Shown piece by piece: positions 1 through 13,024 of a DNA stretch of 34,411 bases. The DNA is from Catajapyx aquilonaris. Taxonomy: Eukaryota. The stretch lies in the NCBI GenBank assembly GCA_000934665.2, contig KZ539102.1, forward strand, positions 1 to 34,411, in the 5' to 3' direction. A model generated the notes under the pieces. The model searched no databases. It was not told the DNA's origin and saw only the letters and a program-made list of their open reading frames with translations. Both the position numbers and the translations under genes were made by a program. The first letter of the stretch is position 1; each line of letters opens with the position of its first letter.

Positions 1-607
1 ATTTTCCTTAAAAGCTCGGTGAATTGACATGGAATGACCCTTGTAAACATCGCTGCTATTTTCTGCACTACTACAATGTCAAAATGGCAAGCACTTATTT
101 CATAAAGATATCCATACGCGTATAACTCGGAGGCAATAAACCTCTGCCTTACTACCCTTTTAGCAACATATTTTGATACACTGGGTGATTCAGCACGACA
201 AACTTATAATTAGAACTTTTAAAGTGCATCCGCTATCAAGCACTGAACCCACAAAAGCCCCCAAAAAACGCATCTTCACTTATCTCTCCAGATCTTATAT
301 GACTCCCAGTAAAGTACATTGTGTTATGGGCTGAATCAAAAGCCTCTGTTTATTTGATGCTCCTCTAGTTGATGAAGCGAGCTACTTTCAAAGAAACATG
401 ACTCCAGCCCCAGTTGAATCACCCACAGCATTACTTATGCATCGGGCACTGCATTTTGAGTGCATGCTAAATTCCAGACTCCGATACAGCCCACTTCTGG
501 AACATTCACCCCCTACCAAGACATTCGGACCCCAGAGCATCTGATCGTTCTTTAACCTGTAATGAATAGATAAACGGCATACGAAAAGTTAAAGAAGGTA
601 TACTTAC

Positions 608-813
608 ATCGACCTGTATTCCAGGGAACGGGAAGACCTTGGTCTGCGGCGCCTCCTTCGGCACGTATCTGTAGAACTCTCGTCGACCCTTGTACCATTT
701 GACGGAATATAGAGGCGCCCCTTCCAGGTCGTACAAGCAGACCAGTTTGACGCTCTCTCCTCGAGGCACCGCTGCCGGAACCTCCAACTTTACGTTCTTC
801 AGACACAGACCTC
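608..813 (-). CDS. beat: Internal coding exon of a Beaten path (Beat) family Ig-superfamily gene, first part of the N-terminal V-type Ig domain; probably Beat-I-like
   Basis: Translation (G)GLCLKNVKLEVPAAVPRGESVKLVCLYDLEGAPLYSVKWYKGRREFYRYVPKEAPQTKVFPFPGIQVD carries the Beat-typical CxYDLEGxxLYSVKWYKGxxEFYRY motif. Acceptor gtttcag|GA (AG at 815-814, phase 1) and donor GAT|GTAAGT (GT at 607-606, phase 0); 206 nt = 2 nt + 68 codons. Family assignment is by motif recognition, not a search. Confidence 0.9.
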
Positions 814-1943
814 CTGAAACGGCACAAATGCTGACTGGTAAGGATCGATCCGAAAGCGAGGCCCAAGCCTAGGGGTAGAGGGGAGGGGAGGGGGTTTATT
901 GCATACTATACACTCAATGTAGCTTGCTGTACTGTACTGTGCACTAGGCACTTGATATGTGCTGGTGTGTTGCTCATTTCACCTGATTATTTCGGGGCTT
1001 TTCTGCCGCTTTTTTCCGTTGGTAACTAGAGAAGGTATCTGGATTGTTACAGTGTAATGTCAATTTTGGGGACATGGCTTAGAGAGCTTACAGATGGAAA
1101 TGAAATGATTGGAAAGCAAAAAGGCTTAATGCAATAGCGATCAAAAATTCATTTAGGATGTATGATTCACTTGTGATTACCCATTAAGTTGCTAAACCCT
1201 GAAGTGAAACACCTTATAGAATGAATTTTGAAAACTATATCTCCGATGTAAACATTTTAAAAATTGCTGTGTAGAGGTATAATTAAATAACTGTATTATA
1301 TTGCTCGAATCATTATGAGTAATCAGAACGTCCATAAAGTGAATAGGATGATAATGAATGTGAATTTTAACTGTCGCTCATATTATTTTGAGAATGTAAA
1401 GGAAAAACTTTCTACATTTGCTATTTTATCCATCCTTAAGACGAAGAGAACAAATGATACTGTTTTCAAGAGATATTTGTTTTCAGTCTCAAGCCCGTAT
1501 AAGTGCACGGGTTTCCTGTTTACCGGAATTCATTTCTGCGCATGAGAACTACAGAATTAAGCCCTTTGTTGTTCAGAATTAGCACAATGGAATTTAACAG
1601 TGATATTTGTTTGCAGTTTGTTCCAGTAATCACAAAGAAGCCTAATATTTTCATGTAAAAATATGGTGAGCAGAGAGCTATGCAAGAATGAATTCACCTT
1701 TACCTAGGCCTACAACATGAAAGATTAGTGCGAAGTCTATAGTGGCAGATGCAGCTTGTGTAGATAAGTGCCTCATAAGACACTGAAATTAGTGCAGATT
1801 CGGACAGGCGCTCTCAAGTAAACACAATTGTGAAGTTCGTTATGGGTTGGACTAGACGACCCAAGAAAACTTATCAGATAAGAAGTGTGACTCACTGCTT
1901 CCTTTTCTGGCACTAATCCGAGACGTCTGTTACCGCCGGTTGC

Positions 1944-1984
1944 CCCACGGCCGCTTGAAGAGCAACCCTTCAAGCGGCCGTGGG
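1944..1984. repeat. Perfect 17-bp inverted repeat with a 7-nt loop
   Basis: cccacggccgcttgaag (1944-1960), loop agcaacc, cttcaagcggccgtggg (1968-1984). Confidence 0.9.
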
Positions 1985-2218
1985 TTGCCCCCCCCCCCCA
2001 CCGCCCCCCCCCCTCCTGCTTTCACTCCGTCCAGAATCGGTCAAAGTGCTTCCAAGGTTAACAATTCTATGTTCTAATAGTCTAGTGCAGTCGAGGTGGA
2101 TTTCCTAAGCAAGATAAACACTTATTTATTGTAACTCTTAATATTATATTAACCCATTAAGAGCTGTATATATTACCGTGTCTTGCATAATATTGAGATT
2201 ACAGCCATATCTGTAGCA

Positions 2219-3929
2219 GGGTCACTTTCAATTTTTTGCGCATTTGCTGTGTCAATGTAGAAAAAAATAATATTAATAACTGTGACCAATCCTGCAAGTC
2301 ATTTTTCATTTACGTGAAAGAGACATTCATATGTGTTCATTTGATATCAAAAACATGGATTTGAATACATTCAGTCATAAGTAACTAAATAAAAAATGAT
2401 GAAAAGTGTATGGAAATGAGGTGAAGCCGATAGCAAGATTAGTCCTTTGTGAATTTCATACAGCTGTGTCAGTACCCGGATTTTTGAACCCAATTTTTTA
2501 CGCTTGTTGTCATTGGATACCCCAAAGTTTATACATATCATTGTCATTTAACATATGACTAAATTTTACAAATAATTTAAGCATGTGAAGCGTGACACCG
2601 TCACACTCTGTTACCAGCTGACTGGCACCCTTGTAGAAACTTGTGAAATAGCTCAAAATAGGGCAGTAAAATGCCCAAGTGTAGCATAGATTCAGTCGCG
2701 ATGGAATCATTTGTCAGTTGGAAGATGAGTGCTGGACAAGGAGGAGGCGTGCCCTGTTTTTCTCTCAAGGTTGCTGCGTATTTTTTCTGCCTGTCACGTA
2801 TGTTACCTTCTTAAATCCTATTTCACTGCATGTAATTGTCAAAGCTGAATTGAGCTTGTTGCATACTAAGGTCCCACCTCTTCAGGTACTAATAACTTTT
2901 CATAAAAAGAAATAGTCTGCGAGGAAAAATTACTACATTATATTTGTCACTGTCTGTTACTGTCACGTATGTTACCTACCATAGAGTAACATATGTGACG
3001 GGCTTGGTAACAAATGTGAATGATGACACCTATTATGCTATATGGCAGAACAGCCTAACATCTGTTTGATTTCATCATCGCAGCCGCATATTTGTAAGCA
3101 CCCATGACTGTTGCCTATTATTGTCACCAACAATAAGCAACAGCTATGGTTGTGATGGATGTTATGGTGCTTAATAATACGCCAAAGTCGTGGGCCGTGC
3201 GTGTGAGTATGGTTTCCCAACAGCAGATACTAATGACATCAAATAGAAGTTAGGCTGTTCAGCCTATAATTGAAGGGCTCCATGGAAGAAGGGGGTAAGT
3301 AGATGGGAATATTGTATTTATTAGATCATAATCACATTGCTCTCATTAATGGTGCCATATATTCATCATTTCTTGAAATGAGGAGTTGTCACATCTGTTA
3401 CTAAATGTCACATCTGTTACCCAGGTGAGTCTTTACCATAACATTAGAGTGGTATGAGGTACTGTTAATTAAAGTATATAGTAAGTGAAAGCCTCCCAGA
3501 TGCCTTACATATTTAAAAATATTACGCCTTCGTAAGTGAAACCTTGTGAAATTTTAATAATTCTCGTTACCAGCCATTCCTATCCACAACAATTGAGCCG
3601 AATTTCATGATTGTTTCCTGTAAATAAAAAATAATTCTCTCACGAGAGTGGTGCTCTCCGCTGTATGGGAGCATTACCACTTCAAGATTATGTACACAGG
3701 GGTTTAAAAAATGATCCACACTATGGTAACAGAAGTGACAAAGGAAGCCACTATCCACTGTTAAATATGTAATATCAATTAAACTTATCCGACCATATCA
3801 TGTCCAACATGGGATTAAAATACTACAGATGATTCCAAATCATGTGGTATAAGTAAAAACTATGACGTTAAGGTTTCATATTTCACAAACAAATATCTGG
3901 ATTTGCGCACAAAAAAATGAAAATGACCC
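2219..3929. mobile_element. Non-autonomous DNA transposon, Sola2-like
   Basis: Left end gggtcactttcaattttttgcgca versus reverse complement of right end gggtcattttcatttttttgtgcgca. Flanked by a 4-bp direct repeat agca (2215-2218, 3930-3933). GRG...CYC termini with a 4-bp TSD fit the Sola2 group. Nine internal copies of a GTCACnTnTGTTAC-type motif. No transposase ORF recognised. Confidence 0.6.
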
Positions 3930-4430
3930 AGCAATATTTCGGACCCTCCTGAGTCAAGCTGATATTCCTGCGTCTGCCAAAGTTTAGCCTCTCAGAAGAA
4001 TAGAACGCGCATCCTTTCCGCGCCATCCCTCCACAACACCCATGTCTCTTCCCTACATTTCAGGGGTGCCAACAGGACATATGGCGTACGAGACATTTCC
4101 GTCGATCGGATATAAGGTCACGTATGAAACGCATCACAGTATATAGGCCCACTCACTCCACTGGTATGGAGTTTCATTATGATTCATACAAACTTCTAGG
4201 ATAAACCTCGTAAGATATAATAACCTGTGCCATTTGGTCTCCGAATCATCGTTAGTAAAGTAATTATATATGCTACATACCTCCATTTCCTATAGGGGAC
4301 TGCCTGTTACACCTGATGAGATCGCAGATTAAATAGAAATAGGCATGATAGGAATTTATTGTGTTTTATTTTACAATGAATATCATTCAGAGGGAAGCAT
4401 AGGTCTACTGTAACTTGTGTTTTAGGCCCC

Positions 4431-4548
4431 TAGTCTGATGACCCTGGGTAAGCTATCCCGGGGGCAATCACCATGGCAGCATATGTAAAAGGATAGCAGT
4501 AAACAACCAGTTACCCCAGGGGGCAAGCTACCCCGGGTCACCAGACTA
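4431..4548. mobile_element. Small hairpin MITE-like element, superfamily unassigned
   Basis: Left tagtctgatgaccctgggta... versus reverse complement of right end tagtctggtgacccggggta... (18/20), with weaker pairing out to about 37 bp. No clear TSD. Confidence 0.5.
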
Positions 4549-6088
4549 TATACCTTAAGCAAATTCTTCGGAGACAAAATGATATCTTCACATAACGTGA
4601 TGACTTACATATGTGCGCGCTTTATATTTGCAACAATAAAGGCCAGCGCAATATTTATGAGAGAGAAGATATTTATAAACTCAGTTTAACTTATGCACTA
4701 TTGTGCGGCAATGTCTTACGCTATTATTTGCAGATATAAAGCCAACCCATTTATATCCTAACATATGCACCTCCTAGATTGCATACTGCCCTGCATTGAG
4801 CGGGAAATGGAAATAGCCTTATTTGTGTGGGCTAGAGGACAAGCCACTAGAATGCATGACCGACTGTGGTTAATGTCAAAATTGTACAGACCTGTTTGTT
4901 TCGGTGCTTGGACTACTACATTCGGTATGGACCAAAAACATGCAAGTTATGCAGCGAAATCACAGTTTATTGTCGGATTTCAAATGTACTTAATAATCAA
5001 TAAAATATATTATTATATTGTTATTAATATGAGAGGAAATGTTGCACACGTATCGGTGCAGTATTAGAGCCATTACACAGCTGTCATATTCAACAATGAA
5101 AACCGAGCAATAATTCCTTTTTGAGCGGGACAGAGCAACCGTTCTATTTGCAAGCTACCAGCGACGTACCGCAAGCCTAAAAGCAGCCTGCAATTAAGTC
5201 ATTTTTCAGAATTACGTCCACTCTGGTCCCGAGACTGCTGGTGACGCAAGTCGGGAGATGACTAAATTAGGCGACTCCTCCGACTCTCTATGGGATACTC
5301 ATCTTTCCACGCTTGTCCTTTCAGAGAAAAATTCTCGGTTAAAGTTCAAAGTTTAAAAAAAACTCCCCCCCCCCCCCCGACGGGAGGCTGGGGTGTCATA
5401 ACAGTAAGGAGCATTTTGAGGAAGAGACGGGTAACATATTAGTCAAATTTTGACTGAATCAATTTACTTAGCGTACTAATAGTGGCGTCTATTGAGTCAT
5501 CCCTATATCAGGGATGCTGGAAAGATAATTAATTATGGTCTCCATGAGGTAGAAGGTCTTGAATTGATTTCACTGCCATTCACTTCTTCTGGGGCCTCTC
5601 ATTTACATCATTGCACGTCTCCCGTGATGGGTTCATAGATCTGACATGAATGCAGGGAATGTTTGCCACCCCAATGCCGGTTCAAGCTATAATCAGAACC
5701 ATATTCCTTTGTTTCTTACCATCTCTATTGGAATGTAGGCCTAGTCCTCATTCATTTTTTTACTTAAACAGGTTGGGATTAATAATTCATAATTTTAATC
5801 CAACTCTTAAATTTTACTTTAAGTGAGCAATATGAAACTCAAGAATTGGACATTGTCTACCGTCTGGAAGAAGGCCACTTAAAATGTGAAAGAATTGCAA
5901 ATTCTCAACTTTTGAGCCCAAGTTTTCATTACTCAACAGATAGTTAATAATTAAGTTTTACTTTCTAAATTTGTTAGGAACAACTTCCAATAAAAATGAT
6001 TGTGGGCCACTTCAAAATCAATCATTGAAGACATTCTTTGTAATTTTTCGTTCCTGCGTAGTGTTATTTACTAATTGCTTATGCTTAT

Positions 6089-6356
6089 GGAAAATGACTA
6101 TTACCGCCCCCAAACGTTGATTTTGTGATTCACTGTGATTTCTCAAAAAATTTCTAATTTCTAAATATTTTCCTGTAATTTTGTGATAACTGTAATGTAG
6201 GTAGACTACATATTACTTTCATTCATATGTTTTTTTGTAACTTTATGTGAACGAAAAAACACAAATTCGCCTAATTTTTCATTGGAAATATGTAATTTTC
6301 AAAATATTACTGCGGGGTCACAAAAGCAAAGTTTAAAAGTAATAATAGCTATTTCC
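6089..6356. mobile_element. Degenerate MITE-like element
   Basis: Left ggaaaatgactattaccgcccccaaacgttgattttgtga versus reverse complement of right ggaaatagctattattacttttaaactttgcttttgtga. No TSD preserved. Confidence 0.35.
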
Positions 6357-9300
6357 TACACTTCGAGCTGTAAGCAATGTATTGATAGATAACACTACCC
6401 AGGAAAAAAATTGTATTACCATTATTATTATTAAAATACGCCCCTGTAAACAACCAGAGCTCAAAATTACAGTTCTAATTGCTCCGACTATTAGCATATC
6501 TACCTTCTAGCTACTACTCGCCCACCAGCCTGATGATTTGCTCGTTTGATGTGTGTGCCTGTAGCAAAACGTTTCAAAAGCTCCGGAAAGAGAGAGACAC
6601 TCTGGGACAAATTAAAGATGTACAATCAAAGCCACAAACCGCAGACTCAAGCCTAGGCCGCATCATGAAAAATTTGTCGCCGTAATCTCAACCGCGCCAC
6701 GAGACAGGTCGTTATCAAAGGGTGTTAAAGGTGTTAAAAACAAAGAGGGCTTCCTCTCACCCGCAAGCCAAAGAGGATTAAGGCCTGGACCAACTAATTG
6801 TGGGGGGGAGGCAAATCCGGATAATGTAGTGGGACGGAATAACTTGGTAACACCAGCAAAATGCGATCCATTTCTCTTCAAGTTCACGCAAGGAGCAAGG
6901 TTTTGCCGCCGGTGGTAAACTTGGTTTTTGGTCCGGGATTCTCTCTCTAAGCCGGCTGTGCTAATGTTGCATTACACGGGTTGCAGTGTATGCAGTTTTA
7001 TAGAACGATGCGTGACCGGTACCAGTTTTGCGTACGTTGTAGTGATTCAGTGACCGCAACGCAGCAGAGCAAACTCGTGTTTCGGGCGTAAACTTAGCCA
7101 TTTTGATATCGGAACAACAGAGAGGGGAGGAATATGGGGGAGTATGGGGGGGAGTCCCCAAATCCCAGATGCATACCCATACTGGGGCCTAACTTTTCCT
7201 ACGCGCCGCTTCCACTAAGGCTTTTGGAACACACACGGCATGTTATTATTAACTCTCAACAGCTTTAATTTCCCTCAGGCTTTGACGGAGTGCCCCATGA
7301 AAGACGCACTTTGACGCAAAATGGGTTATGTTATTAGCGTGTTTCTAAAGTTACGCGGTACGGTTCAAAGCAGCAATGTCCTGCAATCCGGTGGTTTTAT
7401 ATCCTCTCGTGGGGGGAAAGAAATTGAAACACATTGGCTTGAATGTATGTGGACGCCACATGTTTGCGGTTAGGAAGGGGCATCAAAATAATCATTCACA
7501 AACGGGCGGAAATTTATTCATAAACTTGTGGTGTTTCAGATAAAATGTTCTGTTACGCAGTTACGGTATACTGTAGGTGCACTGTAACCTGCTGCATTGT
7601 ACAAGCGGACTTTTAGAGTTCAATATGCACTATGAGCAGGACTGTACGGGAGAAATTGTGGGAATGGTCTGGCGGAGCGGGTGGAAAAGTTCAATTTGGG
7701 AACCTCAAGATGTGGGTTGATATCAGATTCGATTCAAGAGTTAGGAGAAGTGGGAATAGAATTTTAATCCTAGAAGGACGCATTTTTTTTCCTTTGGAAA
7801 CTTTGTAGAATTCATTGCATAGTGTTACTGTAGAATTGTGCCGATCTAAATGCAAATGCTATAGTGCTGTGCGCCGCATGTTATTATGGAAAATAGGCAA
7901 TAATTTAATACGCTGTTTTACCAAATTTGCTTAAATGAAGACAAGGTAATTTATATATTGCGTTCGTATATGAAATGGTACGGTTTCAGGTGACGATACA
8001 AAACCTGCTGCATACTAGTCATAACAAGTCATAATGCAGTTATTCATTTTGCTGCTATTCCCCAGTGACTGAAAATGACGAGTCAATTTTTTAATACTGG
8101 AGGCCTTTTTTCATAGGATATACTAACATGTAAGTGCATTACCAACGACAGTAAGTGTCGCGTGATACGGCAGAAAGACCTAAGTGCCATTTGGAAAAAC
8201 CAAGTTCGTCGAAGGAAATCGGTCCGGAATATGTCTCCGTGCCAACACCTTATTATTCTAGACCCGTTTGACAATAGTTTCGTCAAAAATGCAACTCATT
8301 ATCTCATTTTCAGGGAGTTCTCAGTTCCAGTCAATTAAAAAAACAACTTCTCCTCAACCCCTCCCAAAATGGCACTTAGGTCTTTCTGCCGTATCACGCG
8401 ACAAGTCAGTATCGTCTGGCCATCAGTTTTACAGAATATTACAAATTGAAATCCAGTCACATAACGATACAGATATTTAACTATCACTGTATACAAACAC
8501 CATGTCGATCGGAGCATTTTTATACCTATAGGACAATATTTTGTAAGCCTATATGTCGAGCACCCTCACCCCATTGGACACCAGCAAAACATGTAGGTAG
8601 CCCATATATCAAAAATGCTGCTATTTAGTTGCTTAGGCCCAACCTTTTTAACTCACGAATAGAGAATCCGGCCTGCAAAAATGGGTTATGCTATTGACCC
8701 TAGAAAAGGTATTGTCTAAGCTATTGACATTCGATGCCAATTGTTCCAATGGGACATTCACAATCGATAATTCATTACAATTCATAGCATAAGTAAGCAA
8801 TAGATGATCACTTCAAATCGATCTAACTTAACATTAGCAGATAATACATTTTATTACCTCTAAAAGTAATTACTACAAAGTAACTGCTGGAAAACAATCA
8901 GCTTGGAGCAATAAAATCACTAACGGAAATGTACAGTACATTTCAATTGGAATACCCTGCATACAGTACATTCGAGGCTTATGATCTATTCATAAAATAA
9001 TCTTCAAAGGGTCAGGGATTTTCAGGACAGCACGGACCTTGAGGATCATCCTCTATTTTTTGATGTGGATGTTTGATGTACTGTACTGTACATGTTCCAC
9101 AGGTACGTAAAAAAATCCCGAATTTTTAGGTCTGTAGGTTCAATTAAATGATCTACTAGTTATATTATGGTCACAAACACAACAAAAAATGTGTGACACG
9201 CCTATATCGTTGAACATCTACTCGTGTTAGTTACGCATTTTGAACTAGCAATGTAATTTATAATGTACGGTCGGTGTAGGCCTGCGGCACCTCTTAGATC

Positions 9301-10242
9301 TATAACTAGCCACGAAATAAATACCACAAAGAAGAAACCTATAGTCTATCGGTAGTACCGCACCATGGAACGGAACTTAGAAACTTACGCTATGCATTCA
9401 GGCGAAGTATAAGTTATGTACCATGTGTTCGAAAATTAGCCATCGATCCGTATTCTCCCCAACAGTGTGACGGGGCAATTCCAAGAAGATCCGAATGGTT
9501 TTGAGAAATTCGATAGCCTTAATGGTACTACTCATGTCCTATAAAACGACAGACTTTTTACAACTGTCACTATACACACCTGTTCATAACCAATTGCACA
9601 ACTTTTGCTACTATAATAGAAGAAGGAGCCAGAGCTTATACTTTCTTTGAGATACTGTAAAAGGTAATCTGGAAGCAGCTGTCTTGGCCACCTCCTATAG
9701 TGCCCCCCATGATCGACGTTGAGGTCAGACATTGACAAATCGTCTGCATGGAAGTCATCCCATATCTCGCGGACCAGTATCGAATACAGGCCGAGAATCA
9801 ATCCTGTGCTGAACTTTTTTTGCTACATGTACTTTACAAGCTATAATGCGATATATCAGTGTGCTCTGGAAGTTATTATTTTACTTGTACCCTCAAATAT
9901 GTCAAAATATCCAAAATTGTATTCCATCAATTCTATATACAAACTAGGGAAACCTCAAATTTTGAAAGATTTGATCTTTCTCACATTCACTTGCTCGACT
10001 TAATCCTTCACAGCATTGCAAACTGAATATTGTAAACCAAAGAACCCTAGAATCGGGGGCCGTTTGTCCCGACTCAAAGTCTCGGCATAGAAATGCCCGA
10101 AAATCATATCCGGGGGCTTCACCAAACAAGTCGAGTTACATTTTGATAGCCTCTGAGAGTGAGGAAGGTTACGGAAGTAACAAAGACATTTCCCTTCGCG
10201 ACTTCAACTCGTAACAACCTCGTTGCTAGACTCGGCATGGGA

Positions 10243-10260
10243 AGAGAGAGAGAGAGAGAG
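10243..10260. repeat. (AG)9 microsatellite
   Basis: Directly visible. Confidence 0.9.
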
Positions 10261-12617
10261 AAGCTCCATAGTTATACGTCTTCTCCCTCCCACCTCCCAC
10301 TTCCCTTCTCCTTTTCCCCTCTCGCCTTATTATCCCTCCTTCAATGCCTTTCCATGACCCGTGTCTCCGTTGAAAGTGGGAGCCCGGAACAGCCACCCTA
10401 TCCGGGACTCCCGGTAGAGGCGCCCCTTTTCTCAGTCACTGGCGCCTATGACCTCCTTTCTATCTATTTTACGACCCACTCAAATTTGTTTCCCTCCTTT
10501 CCTCGAAACTTTTTTTTCCTCTAAAGTGCCAAAAAATATAGCAGTCATTTACACTTGAAGGGTGTTTGGCATTTTAGAGAGTTGTTAGCAGAAGACGTCC
10601 CCCTGCACCCTGTCCTCCTTACCCCCCCTCTGTTATTTTTTGTGCCCTTCCCCCGCCTTCGTTTCTTCATTTTATCCATTTTGCTTGAACCCTGCTAGAA
10701 GGGAGGACGATCCGAAAGTGAAATCGCCCTCTGGGTCGCTTTCCCGGTGAGAGTCGAATGGCGTTCCGGAAGCGATTGTTCTTCGGCTGGGGGGGAAAAG
10801 AGTGGGATTGAAGTGCTCTGCTTCCACCTACAGTATAAGGGACCCTCGGGCTCGCCTTTTTCGCTCCAAAATCAGATATGTATTTTGTGGGATTTTTGTT
10901 CCTCTTCTGAGGATTGTGCTTTCTGAACAGAAGGAAATATAGCTGGATATGGATTTGATTTTTGAGGGTCAAAACATTTTGAATAAATGTACACACAACG
11001 GTCTATCCGGAAGCAAAAAGAAACTTTTTTTAAAAAAAATACTAGCTACTACCCAGGTCATAGCTCCAAAAAAAAAGTGGAGCTCAATATTCTGGGATGG
11101 GTTGAAAAAAAAAAGTTTCTGAATAGAACTTAGAGTTAGTGTATAAAGCGCAGAATTGCTGCGTCCCTCAAAAACGCATCAGTGGGCTCAAGTTGAATCG
11201 GAACAAATCGCAGCATTGGCTTGGCCCGAAAAGGATGAAATGAAATGCACGATCCGATACAGCCGGCGCATACTATATACCTTTCCTCTTTACTTTCCTC
11301 CCCCCCCCCCTCCGATCCTCCCCCCGTTTTGTGGGGAGTGGAATGAGACGTAGAAAATGGGCTTTTCTGTCGGCGTCCCTTTTCGGTGGCTCGGAAGTTG
11401 AGATGAGGCTGGAGGCGCCATCCTTCCCACTTGCGCCTCTCGTCGCCGTGCTTTTCACGGTCTGCTGAATCAGCCCATCCAATGACCAGCAAAGGAGGCA
11501 CAATATGTCTCGTCAATCGGACCTGACTCTCGAAACAGGGTGGGGGTTAGGAAGGAAGGATGGAGGACGCCTCCAAAAGGACTCCAGTTGTCATTAGTTT
11601 CAGCTCTGCTCTCGTCCCCGGAGAGGATACGACTATTGAATTTTTCGCCTCATAAAAAGTGTCCGGAAGATTGCTGCCCTATATTATGCTTCAATGCGCG
11701 AAAACTTTTTCGCAAGTTCTACATGGGAGACCTCTCATGCAGGAATCTCGAAGGAGGACATACAGATTCCAAGTTGTGCTCGCGGGAGGGGAAGAATTTC
11801 CCTGTGAAAAGTAGAAATACTAGTTGACATACCCATCAGAGTGAGTTATGCACGCCATTATGTTCTGGAGACGAGGATGTAGTCTACCTGCATGTCTCTG
11901 CTGGGAGCCTAATAGAGATTGGGGTTCACAATATCTGTCGAAAAGCGGAATCAATAGCAAAATTTCCATTCGTTACTCTCGCCTCATCTATAAGTTTGGT
12001 GGGGAGTTCATATACTTCCAACGATATGACTATACGCCAAAATTGAAGACGAGTCCACAGGGGGAAGTGTATACTAAATTTCTACTGTACATATATTTAA
12101 AAAAATATCAGCTTAGTTATATGTTACATACGGTGGACATCTCTCAAGGCCTGTTATAAGATAACTACAGGGTATACAGCAAATGCATCACACATATAAT
12201 TATAGTCTCTACCAACTTTTCCAGCAGTGATGGTGAAGTGGATAATCTAGTCACAGAACTAATCTGGAGAGCGCAAAAAATTACAACTAGAGCTTAACTA
12301 CCATGGAAACGGATGAAAAAAGGATATCTAAAGCGTAGAGTGTAATACGTAAGGATTTTACATGACTTATGCTGTTGTACAGTGTCATGTAGTGCTACGG
12401 GTTTATTCCCGGAAGCTTTTGCTTTTACAGCGATTTCCCTTGACAAAGAATTTCAAATTCGCACATACACTATTTTTTCTTCTCCATGGGTAATACTCTA
12501 CATAAATTATAAGTAGAATTGGGCAAATTATTAACTTGCGCGGTCACTTTTTAATCCAGAGTAGTTGTGCTCAGTGAGATAAATAGGTGGAGTACAGTAG
12601 AGGGAGAGAGGGGGGTG

Positions 12618-12620
<3 letters not shown>

Positions 12621-12674
<54 letters not shown>
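12621..12674. repeat. (AG)27 microsatellite
   Basis: Directly visible; explains the SLSLSL run in ORF 12551-12802. Confidence 0.97.
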
Positions 12675-12678
<4 letters not shown>

Positions 12679-13024
12679 CGCTAACAACTTGTGTTTCATA
12701 GTCCTGACTTAAACCAATTTTCTCTAGATTACTTTTGCCCCCTTCAGAAATTAGTCCTAACCAAGGCCAATCGTCTTTGATCCAGTTACGGTAGGCTACC
12801 AAGGGAGTTTCAATTGTGTTTCAAATCTTATTGCACTGGAAGAAAAAGGCCAGCACAAAGGGACCTGTCCTTCAAATTGGCGATAATTAATGTAATGTTG
12901 ATAAACCCCCCCCCCCCCGGGGGGGGGGCGTCTGAAGGTACAGAAACATGTTCATGAACACTCAAAGCATAAACATATTACAGAAACGTCCAACTAGGAT
13001 TGGAAGTGGTACGAAAGGCATAAA

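Noticed and set aside
506..787. ORF-track 93-aa protein as a complete gene
   Set aside because: It starts at an internal TTG and reads through the GTAAGT donor at 607; the real unit is the exon 608-813.
2600..3739. CRISPR-like array
   Set aside because: Repeats are short, degenerate, in mixed orientation and irregularly spaced; eukaryotic context with no cas genes.
6760..6887. Upstream beat exon ending at phase-1 donor GCG G|GTGAG
   Set aside because: The phase fits, but the peptide (…LVGPGLNPLWLA) is not a hydrophobic signal sequence and there is no ATG support.
8069..8312. MITE with ctgaaaatga termini
   Set aside because: Only a 10-bp AT-rich inverted match and no TSD.
9680..9770. Tc1/mariner catalytic remnant (DLSMSDLNV / WGAL*EV, reminiscent of SPDLxPxDxxxWGxLK)
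   Set aside because: Needs a frameshift and a stop, and the similarity is too short to support without a profile search.
12905..12928. C14-G10 palindrome
   Set aside because: Adjacent homopolymers are error-prone in assembly and there is no supporting context.
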